Below, in pieces: positions 48,691 to 64,000 of a stretch of DNA of 64,000 nt (its first letter is position 1; every line of letters starts with the position of its first letter). The translations under genes were made by a program, and so were the position numbers. The stretch lies in the NCBI RefSeq assembly GCF_009914755.1, contig NC_060934.1; one strand, written 5' to 3'. The notes below the pieces were generated by a model. That model was not told where the DNA came from. It ran no database searches and saw nothing but the letters and a program-made list of their open reading frames with translations. Source of the DNA: the human T2T-CHM13v2.0 reference genome, Homo sapiens.

Positions 48691-49045
48691 TGTACCAGCA
48701 GAGAATCAATTGCTCAGTCAGTCACTCTGCATACAGTTATGGCTCGCACAGTGTTCAAAGCTGGTGTAGATGGCTCATTTCTGGCTCTTCCAGCCCCAGT
48801 GCCATTTAGCTACTTAGGTTTTTAGGCAATGTGGCCACACACAAGCACTTCCTTTGGCATATGTAAAAGAGAAGGATGTGAAACTCTCAACTTTCTTTCT
48901 CTCAGTCAACAATACAGAAGTCAGGATCTGATGATTAAAATTCTATCTCAAAGCGGGGCATGGTGTTGCCAGACACCAGCCATGTAAGCTTTGGAGTTGT
49001 ATAGGGTCACTAATTGAAAATCAGGCAGTCTGGCTTACTCTATAG

Positions 49046-49268
49046 CAAGCTTGTCCAACCCGCAGCCCACGGGCCACATGCAGCCCGGGATGGCTTTGTC
49101 TGCGGCCCAACACAAATTCATAAATATTCTTAAAACATTATGCGACTTTTTTGCAATTTTTCTTTAGCTCATCAGCTATCGCTAATGTTAGTGTATTTTA
49201 TGTGTGGCCCAAGACAATTTTTCTTCTTCCAATGTGGCCCAGGGAAGCCAAAAGATTGGACACTCCTG
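49046..49268 (-). mobile_element. MER30
   Basis: caagcttgtccaacccgcagccc...gggaagccaaaagattggacactcctg; 8-bp TSD-like ctctatag/ctctgtaa. Confidence 0.94.
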
Positions 49269-49991
49269 CTCTGTAAGAAAATGCACATCGCCTAAATAGA
49301 CAGCTGTAAAAAATATCCTGGAAAGGAAAACTAAGAGTGACCCCCCCTTCCGCAGTCTGAAGAGAGTGAAAACCCACCACCAGCTGGTTCCCAGGGCCAA
49401 TTAGCTGGCCAGCTTGTACCCTGTCTGAGTGCAATGAGGCAGCCTTCAATGAATTCCACTATTTTTACGGCAAAGACAAACTTCTAGAGTTGTCTGGGAT
49501 TTATTTCAGGCCCTCTTTATGATGGAAAAGTAAAGCCTCCCTATTTGTACAAGCCACTGCGTGTTTACAGAGAGATTCTAAACAGACTGCCAACCGGAGA
49601 GCACAGGGCTGGCCTAGTTTTAAAGAGAATCTTAATTAGTAACACCAGCAAAAATCCCATTTGGACCAAAATTTCATGTTCTAAAAGTTTTCCTCTCAAC
49701 TCCCCTAAGGCTTATGGCTGACTCTTTATTTCTGGAACAGTCTAGTGAAGAGGGAGGAAGAGAATCCAAGATCATATATTTATCTCATTATATCAAAGGA
49801 AAAATTTCAGACGACTCCAAAGTCACAAGTTAGAACATGAGAATGAAACCGTATAAACACTGTTAAGGCCGGGCCTTGCATTTCCTTGAGAAATCTGTCT
49901 GTTAGGAACGAGTTCACGAAGAGCCTTTCTCTGCTTTCCTGGCCATGCCACAGTCGGGCCTTCAAATGTGGTGCCGGGAAGAGCATCTTCA

Positions 49992-50338
<347 letters not shown>

Positions 50339-50356
50339 TGCATCTGCTTTCTAGGT

Positions 50357-50522
50357 TAGCGTTTCTCTAACACGAATAGGCGCATGAACCACCAGGGTAT
50401 CTTGTTAAAACTCAGATTTTGATTCAGGAGATCTGGGGTGCATCCTGAGAAGCTACACTCTTAAGAAGCCCCGAGGTGATGGCTGATAGTCTGGTCCATG
50501 GACCACACTTTGAGTAGCGAGG
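50357..50522. mobile_element. MER5 (hAT-Charlie)
   Basis: cttgttaaaactcagattttgattcaggagatctggggtg...tggtccatggaccacactttgagtag. Confidence 0.8.
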
Positions 50523-50811
50523 TTCTAGATGATGATTGTGAGGCTGAAAACTCAACCACGTTGCTCAGAACTGATTCCCAAATAAAGTCAGGAGGAGAAT
50601 GTGATGCTGTAGAAGAGTGATTGGGCTGAGCAGCCTGGGGAGGAAGGCACTCTGGCTCCCAGAGACCTCAGCCTATGCACGGCCTCTTCCAACCTCTCAT
50701 GGGAGATGAGACCCAAAAAGATGCCACCTGATGCCTGGCAGAACCACTTCCAAAGGCTTTTCCCCATGCTTGCTCAGTGTTGCCCAAATCTTATGCTACC
50801 AAAGGACATAG

Positions 50812-51210
<399 letters not shown>

Positions 51211-51499
51211 CACTGAACTGATCTTGGACAAAGGGACTCCGCTTGTCCCCAATTTAGCAGGGCTTGTTATGAATAGTCCTCACCTAGGACTTGGGGCTGC
51301 TGGACTCTGTGGTTCTGAGAAGACTTCTGGTATCTTCTCTGTCCCCCACACATCACTGATTAGTGGGTTGCTACCTGATGAAGCTTTTTGAATAAATATA
51401 TTTTCTTAGAGGAAGCAAGGTGTAAGATGGAGGAGGTTAATTAAAATATAACCTGGGGAAAAAAAACAAGAAAAATGAAAACAACCGTTCATGAGTGTG

Positions 51500-51657
51500 G
51501 TTTTTTTGTTTGTTTGTTTTGTTTTGTTTTGTTTTTTCATAGAAACAGGGTCTTGCTATGTGGCCCAGGCTGGCCTCTAACTCCTGGGCTCAAGTGATCC
51601 TCCTGCCTCAGCCTTCCAAAGTGCTGGGATTACAGGTGTGAGCCACTGCACCTGACC
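51500..51657 (-). mobile_element. Alu left monomer (FLAM-like)
   Basis: (tttg)n tail plus a single arm. Confidence 0.88.
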
Positions 51658-51972
51658 ATCATCAGTATGTTTGATGAAAGAGTAGAGTGTGAAACTGCTG
51701 GCTGAGATTGGCTTGGTGTTCTGCTTCTATAGGGTGCCATGCAGCCTTCTGTTTTTCTTACATTTTTGGGACCCCGAAAGATAATCCCAGTTGTGAGGAA
51801 GTGGGCCTGCTGTGCAGGTGAAGCTCTTCATTGCATTGCCAATGGGGATGGCTCCTCTCTTGACATCCCAGTTCTTACTAAATCCAAAAACATTTTCCAT
51901 GTGTGGGAAGGCCTGGTGTGGGGACAAAGGCAGATCCAGGTTCAATGTGAAATGTTCTGAGAACTACAGAAC

Positions 51973-52140
51973 CTGGCTTCTCGAAATGTGGTTTGAGGAC
52001 CAGCAGCACTGGAATCACTTGAGAACTTGCTGAAAAAGCAGAATCTCTGGCCCCACCTCCAATCTACTGAATTGGAACCTGCATTTTAGCAAGATCATCA
52101 AGAGACTTTCAAGGGCATTCATCTTTGAGAAACACTGCTG
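51973..52140. mobile_element. MER5A
   Basis: ggcttctcgaaatgtggtttgaggaccagcagcac...gcagaatctctggcccc...ctgcattttagcaagatc...tttgagaaacactg. Confidence 0.85.
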
Positions 52141-52679
52141 TAGAGTTCCAATGTTATGGAATCTAACATTTTGACAACTCTCATCTGAGGCCAATTTGTT
52201 TGCTCAAGGAACCAGTCCTGAAATTAAAATGAACTGGCCACATAGCTTGCAATTCCATCCCATAATCTCTAGTCTGGAAAATAAAACTCAAGTGCCCTTC
52301 TTTCAGAGACATTCTTCTAAAGAAAATGACGGATATGTTTGAACATGAATGGACATTCTCAGTTGCCTTTAAAACATTTTCTAGGACAAACTAAAAAAGG
52401 TCTACAAATTCTGCTACATGGACCATAGCTGATGGATTGTATTTTACTCCACCTCATGTTACATTTGTGGTATTATACCCAAGTCACTCAAAGAGTCAGA
52501 GCATGGGCTTTGTTCTGTGTCACTGGGTAACAAGAGTAAGTAGACTTCCTCTTCTGCATGGCTGCCTCTAGTCTCTTACTACAATGATCTTTCTCTCCTG
52601 CTAACCATTACTGAAGCACTTCTTCTATTAGTCATTTTCCTGCTCCAAATTATAAATAGAAATGGCTTTCTATTTAGGG

Positions 52680-54430
52680 GAATGATAAGAGGTTATTTTG
52701 AACCAATTATTCTGCTGATAACAATAAAAATTTTCTGACTAAAATAAATAAACTACCTTCTTAAGGATATAAGATGGAAAGGAACCCATAGCCCTGAGAG
52801 GTATATAGGGACAGAGCACTTTTGCCTTGACAGCACTAGCTAATTTGGGAAAATAGGAATTTCATTCTGATCAGTTTATAATGAAAGAGGGCACAGATCA
52901 CAGTTCAGAGTTCACGAAGGGTAAAGTGGCTCCAAATAAACTGGCACACAAAAGAGGTACACTCTTAGGATAAGAGTGAACCAAAAGTAACCAATCCTTC
53001 TTAAAGATTTACATCCAGACTCATATTATGTCAAGTTTTACACTTGGTTTAAGTGCCTGAGACTGGAAGTAACCCCAAGCACTTTGCAGAAGCAAACGTA
53101 AACCCTCTACAGAGGAAGGGACTTTTAGGCTGGGCCTCAAATTATTCCTAAACATAATTTTCAAGTACAATGACCAACACTCAGTCAAAGATAACGAGGC
53201 AAACAGAGAGGGCAGACACCATAAGCAGGAACTAACAGAAGCAAGAGCTTTTGATATTAGAGTTGTCAGACAATAATTATGAGCACAGTGTTCATTATAT
53301 TAAAAATCAGAAAATGTTATCTAGAATGCAATCTGGGGAGACAAAAAGAAAATATAGAAATAAGATTAAGAGGCATAGAAAACAAACTGAAATATCTAAT
53401 ACACATTTTATTTGATGTCCCAAAAGGAGAAGGAAAAGAAGAGGGAAGAACAAATATTAGAAGAAATAATAATTTAAAAATTTTAAGAATAATTAAAGAT
53501 ACTAAACTACAGATTTAAAGGGTACAGTAAATCTCAAGAAGAGTAAATAAAAAGGCTCACACATCCGAAATAGGAATGCTTTTACACTGTTGGTGGGAGT
53601 GTAAGTTAGTTCAACCATTGTGGAAGACAGTGTGGTGATTCTTCAAGGATCTAGAAGTAGAAATACAATTTGACCCAACAACCCCATTACTGGGTACATA
53701 CCCAAAGGATTATAAATCATTCTACGATAAAGACACATGCACATGTATGTTTATTGCAGCACTATTCACAAAAGCAAAGACTTGGAACCAACCCAGATAC
53801 CCATCAGTGATAGACTGGGTAAAGAAAATGTGGCACATATACACCATGGAATACTATGCAGACATAAAAAAGGATGAGTTCACGTCCTTTGCAGGGACAT
53901 GGATGAAGCTGGAAACCATCATTCTCAGCAAACTAACACAAGGACAGAAAACCAAACACCGCATGTTCTTACTCATAAGTGGGAGTTGGACAATGAGAAC
54001 CCATGGACACAGGGAGGGGAACATCACACACTGGGGCCTGTTGGGGGGTAGGGGGCTAGGGGAGGGATAGCATTAGGAGAAATACCTAATGTAGATGATG
54101 GGTTGATAGGTGCAGCAAACCACCATGGCACGTGTATACCTATGTAAGAAACCTGCACATTCTGCACTTGTACCCCAGAACTTAAAGTATTAAAAAAAAA
54201 AAACTCACACATCCTTACATCATAGTGAAACTGTGGAAAACTAAAGGCAAAGAGAAAAATTTAAAACAATAAGAGAACAAAAGACTGACAGCTGATTTCT
54301 CAAAAGTAACACTAAAAGCTGAAAGCCAATGGAAAAACATCTTTCATGTACTGAAAAAAATTACCTTCAATGTAGAATTCTGCAGCTACTACAATAGTCT
54401 TCCAAAGATATGGGTAAAGGAAAAAATAAA
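52680..54430 (+). mobile_element. old L1M 5'/ORF1 relic hosting a younger L1PA
   Basis: ORF1-like aaactacagatttaaagggtacagtaaatctcaag...acatcatagtgaaactgtggaaaactaaaggcaaagagaaaat. Confidence 0.7.
53567..54203 (+). mobile_element. L1PA, 5'-truncated (ORF2 end, 3'UTR, poly-A)
   Basis: ORF 53747..54070 is an L1 ORF2 C-terminus; TSD ctcacacatcc. Confidence 0.95.
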
Positions 54431-55849
54431 AACCTGTCAACAGCATATTTGGAGAAGGGCCAGGTTTTGTGGGTTTTATATTTTTTTGAATTTCTGATCT
54501 GTTATAGACTTGAGTTTTTGGTTTATATCTTGTTCAACAAGTCAAGTAAACTGATTGTGCACTTGAATATTGCAGCAATGTTAAATTGGTATGCAAGTTA
54601 GACTCATTTTCTGTACTTATGGTGAGCTGGTAGCAGTTTGCAAACTTACAACCATTCCATGGATCACACTTTCAGTAAAAAGTTTTAAAGGATGCCCTTT
54701 AGACAAAAGGAAAGCTCACTCATATGGGATGAGCTGAGTGAGCTGAGATACATATGAGTGAGCTGAGATACAAGAAAGAATAAAGAGCCAAGGAAGTGAC
54801 TGATCTTGTTGAGTTCACACAGAAACAACATCACAGCTCCTTTTAAATAAAGTAAAGCTTGGTTAGCCAAAGTGGCTCATTATAGAAGTTTTGTAACCCA
54901 GCTTTTTACATGTGGAAGAAAAGAGTTAATCTCATTGCAAAGAGAGAGAGAGAGAAGTTTCCTACTCATTTTAAGATTAATACATTGTGTAATGACACAC
55001 ACAAACTGTTAGGGCTGATTACATTTCCATGACAGTATAGGTAACCGTAAGAAACCACTTAAGAAAATTGCCCCGGAAAAACCTGCTAAAACAAATTTTA
55101 AAATCAACTATATTTTCTCTTCGATGTGATCATGAATAGCAAACTAAAACAAACTATGGCTACAGTGACATAAGTTATGGAGTTCTCAGGATGAGATCCA
55201 ATAGGACATGGCAGGATCAGGAGCAATGCTTCTATTTTGATTACTTTCATAAATAATAATGTGACAGTACAAAAGAAACATTTGCAATCCAAGTCTAGTG
55301 TTCTTCAAAACAAGGAGGGCTTAAAAATAAGATTCTCATTGCTGACTGCAGAGGAACTGATCCTACCAACTAAATCGGAAACAGGTACTCCACTATTTCA
55401 TGTTCTTTATATAAGAGCAGCAAAAACATATGTATTTGAATCTTGTCATTTCCTCTCCCTGTCTGAACTTAATTTATTTTCTTTTATCTTCATACATTAT
55501 TTTCATTCCCTATTCCTCATTAAAACCCATGACATTGTGTGTAATGTGTATATAGTCTCACAAAATACATATTGTTTTTTGTTGCACTGGTATTTTTATT
55601 ATATACAAATGGTGTTGTATTGTACATTTTACAAATCCGGTGGCACCTTATTTTATCAACTCACAGTTTCACAGAAGTTAAATTGACTTTTGAAGTCAAA
55701 TCCATCCCTCCTCCCAGGATGGCTTTCCCCTACATCATGTATGATGTCCAGGCTGGATGCCTAGGCTGGCTTCAACACTTGAGTAGTAGGAATTGCAGCT
55801 TTGTAAGGGGACCAATTCCATAATGACAAAGTCAAAACCATGAGTGATC

Positions 55850-56211
55850 TGATATGGTTTGGCTGTGTCCCCACCCAAATCTCATCTTGACTTGTAGCTC
55901 CCACAGTTACCACGTGTTTTGGGAGGGACCCCATGGGAGGTAATTGAATTATGGGGGTGGTTCCCCCATACCGTTCTCATGGTAGCAAATAAGTGTCACA
56001 CAATCTGATGGTTTTTATAAGGGGTTTCCCTTTTTGCTTGGCTGTCATTCTCTCTTGCCCTCTGCCATGTAAGACGTGGCTTTCACCTTCTGCCATGCTT
56101 GTGAGGCCTCCCCAGCCACACGGAGCTGTGAGTCCATGAAACCTCTTTTTCTTTATAAGTTACCCAGTCTTGGGTATGTCTTTATCAGCAGCATGAAAAT
56201 GGACTAATACA
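55850..56211 (+). mobile_element. THE1 (THE1B/C) MaLR solo LTR
   Basis: tgatatggtttggctgtgtccccacccaaatctcatcttga...ggactaataca; TSD tgatc/tggtc. Confidence 0.95.
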
Positions 56212-56916
56212 TGGTCTCTTCCTTCCCCGGGGATGAACGGGCTACCTGAAATGCCACCCATGGTGTTGACTCTGCACCAGGACCCGCTGTAGCATTGTGG
56301 CACAGCAGATGTCTCACCAGGTGTCATTCTGCCATCTAGTTTTCTGGGCTTAGATTTAGGAATTGGCTTTTTCAAGACTTACTACCTGGCCTGATCTTTA
56401 TGAACTTTGCTTCCCTTGGGTCCATTCCCTGTTCAGATGTCCTCCTAGGCTCCTTGGCTTCTCCTGCATTATGTTTTGCCTTCCAGTGTCATTTCCATTC
56501 TGGCCCCTTGCACACCCACTCCTCTTTGTCACTATGCCCTGATGCACACCTGTCGCTAGAATCAAGCACTCTCTTCACCATCCCACCCACACACCTGGCT
56601 TGTGTGAGGCCTTTCAGGGCTTTGCTAACACTGCCCTTTTCTTCCAGCACCAATTCCTGTCTCTCCTTCAACAACCAGGGCAATTTCCACTTCCTCTGTG
56701 ATGTGTTAGAGACACAGACCAAGGGAGGGGACAGGTCCATGATGAAAAGCGGCTGAGGAAAAATAGTCCCAATATAGGAAGGCTAACATAATATGGGGCT
56801 ATGGCTGTTCTTCATTGGACACAGCAGATTCCAACTTTAGTTGATTTAAATTATAAAGGAATTTAATATAAGGCTATAGAATATATCCTTGCACATAGAA
56901 TATATCATAAAATCTA

Positions 56917-57307
<391 letters not shown>

Positions 57308-57454
57308 TCACCACTGTCACCAGGACATGCCCAGCACCACCACTGCTTCCAAGCCAGGCAGCACATCTTCCTGCTGCACTCATCATTCTTCAACTTTGGC
57401 TCTGTCTTGGATGCACTTCCTCAAAGTTTTTTATTATTTAGGGTTTGTTTAAAC

Positions 57455-57766
<312 letters not shown>

Positions 57767-59025
57767 CACTTCCTCATCTGATTGCCAGGAGAGCATCTGA
57801 TTGATTGCCAGTCCTGGATCTTCTACCTGCACCCCATTATCCAGGAAGTAGGGAGAGGGAGTAAGTGGCCCCTAAAACATTGTTAGTCACAGGTGAGGTA
57901 CCTCCTCCACCCAAGCCTCACATGATCAGAAAGTTGAGACTCTAGACAGCCAGAAACACATCATTCACAACAGATAGTTTAAAAAGTTGGTGGATGCGTC
58001 CAAGATGGCCGAATAGGAACAGCTTTGGTCTACAGCTCCCAATGAGATCAATGCAGAAGATGGGTGATTTCTGCATTTCCAACTGAGGTACCTGGTTCTT
58101 CTCATTGGGACTGGTTGGACAGTGGGCACAGCCTATGGAGGGTGAGCAGGGTGGGGCATCACCTCAACTGGGAAGTGCAAGAAGTTGGGGGATTTCCCTT
58201 TCCTAGGCAAAGGAAGCCCTGAGTGACTGTACCTGGAGGAGCAGTACACTCCTGCCCAAATACTGTGCTTATCCCATGGTCTTCGCAACCAGCAGACCAG
58301 GAGATTCCCTCCCATATCTGGCTTGGCAGGTCCCATGTCCATGGAGCCGTGGTCACTGCTAACACAACAGTCTGAGATCAACCTGGGACATGGGAGCTTG
58401 GTGAGGGGAGGGGCGTCTGCCATTGCTGAGGCTTGAGTAGGTGGTTTTATGCTCACAGTGTAAACAAAGCTGCAGGGAAGCTTGAACTGGGCGGAGCCCA
58501 CTGCAGCTCAGCAAGGCCTACTGCCTCTATAGACTCCACCTCTGGGGACAGGGCATATCTGAACAAAAAGCAGCAGACAGCTTCTCTAGACTTAAACGTC
58601 CCTGCCTGACAGCCCTTAAGAGAGCAGTGGTTCTCCCAGCACAGCGTTTGAGCTCCGATAATGGACAAACTGCTTCCTCAGGTGGGTCCCTGACCCCCAT
58701 GTTGCCTGACTGGGAGACACCTCCCAGGAGGGGCCAACAGACACCTCATACAGGCAGGTGCCCCTCTGGGATGAAGCTTCCAGAGGAAGGATCAGGCAGC
58801 AATATTTGCTGTTCTGCAGCCTCCACTGGTGATACCCAGCCAAACAGGGTCTGGACTGGACTCCCAGCAAACTCCAACAGACCTGCAGCTGAGGGGTCTG
58901 TCTGTTAGAAGGAAAACTAACAAACAGAAAGGAAGAGCATCAACATCAACAAAAAGGACATCCACACCAAAACCCCATCTGCAGGTCACCAACATCAAAG
59001 ACCAAAGTTAGATAAAACCACAAAG

Positions 59026-60048
59026 ATGGGGAGAAACCAGAGCAGAAAGGCTAAAAATTCCAAAAACCAGAATGCCTCTTCTCCTCCAAAGGAACCCAAC
59101 TCCTTGCCAGCAAGGGAACAAAACTGGACATAGAATAAGCTTGATGAGTTGACAGAAGTATGCTTCAGAAGGTCAGTAATAACAAACTTCTCCGAGCTAA
59201 AGAAGCATGTTCTAACCCATTGCAAGGAAGCTAAAAACCTTGAAAAAAGGTTAGACGGATGGCTAACTAGAATAACCAGTGTAGAGAAGAGCTTAAATAA
59301 CATGATGGAGCTGAAAACCACAATACGAGAACTTCGTGAAGCATACACAAGCTTCAATAGCCGATTTGATCAAGCAGAAGAAAGGATATCAGTGATTGAA
59401 GATCAAATTAATGAAATAAAGTGAGAAGACAAGATTAAAGAAAAAAGAGTGAAAAGAAAAAAACAAAGCCTCTAAGAAATATGGGACTATGTGAAAAGAC
59501 CAAATCTATGTTTGATTGGTGTACCTGAAAGTGACGGGGAGAATGGAAGCAAGTTGGAAAACACTCTTCAGGATATTATCCAGGAGAACTTCCCCAACCT
59601 AGCAAAGCAGGCCAACATTCAAATTCAGGAAATACAGAGAACATCACAAAGATACTCCTCAAGAAGAACAACCCCAAGACACATAATTGTCAGATTCACC
59701 AAGGTTGAAATGCAGGAAAAAATGTTAAGGGCAGCCGGAGAGAAAGGTCAGGTTACCCACAAAGGGAAGCCCATCAGACTAACAGCAGATGTCTTGGCAG
59801 AAACCCTACAAGCCAGAGAGTGGGGGCCAATATTCAACATTCTTAAAGGAAAGAATTTTCAACCCAGAATTTCATATCCAGCCAAACTAAGCTTCATAAG
59901 TGAAGGAGAAATAAAATCCTTTACAGACAAGCAAATGCTGAGAGATTTTGTCACCACCAGGCCTGCCTTACAAGAGCTCCTGAAGGAAGCACTAAACATG
60001 GAAAGGAACAACCAGTACCAACCACTGCAAAAACATGCCAAATTGTAA
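59026..60048 (+). pseudogene. L1 ORF1p, disrupted
   Basis: ATG at 59026 (MGRNQSRK); premature stops (e.g. tag at 59131); fragments 59149..59424 and 59491..60048 match ORF1p. Confidence 0.93.
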
Positions 60049-60111
60049 AGACCATTGATGCTATGAAGAAACTGCATCAATTAACAGGCAAAATAACCAG
60101 CTAGTATCATA

Positions 60112-63898
<3,787 letters not shown>

Positions 63899-64000
63899 AC
63901 AATAAGAACACATGAACACAGGGAGGGGAACATCACACACCAAGGCCTGTGGGAAGTGGGGGGCTAGGGGAGGGTAACATTAGGAGAAATACCTAATGTA

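Overview
Primate (most likely human) non-coding DNA, densely packed with transposable elements. I find no protein-coding gene, RNA gene or CRISPR array. The ORF track is explained by Alu, simple-repeat, GC-rich LTR12 and decayed L1 sequence. Contents: about 39 Alu copies or fragments; a near full-length but inactivated L1PA6/7-type LINE-1 (57990 to the window end); several truncated L1s; two + strand LTR12 (HERV9) LTRs; MER4, MER57-like, MLT1, MLT2, MSTA and THE1 LTRs; MER30, MER102 and MER5 DNA transposons; and L2, MIR and CR1 relics. Repeat family names come from recalled consensus sequences and need RepeatMasker/Dfam confirmation. I cannot support a new gene system here. The best unexplained signals are: (i) a series of locally templated copy events, namely a 131-bp inverted duplicate of non-repeat DNA (40718/42276), a 30-bp patch copied across 2.6 kb, a perfect recent tandem duplication (121-bp period) with a complex junction, and snap-back micro-insertions; (ii) both LTR12s sit within about 3 bp of the same Alu consensus position; (iii) a HERV9 provirus is reduced to its env-tail splice acceptor plus the 3' LTR.
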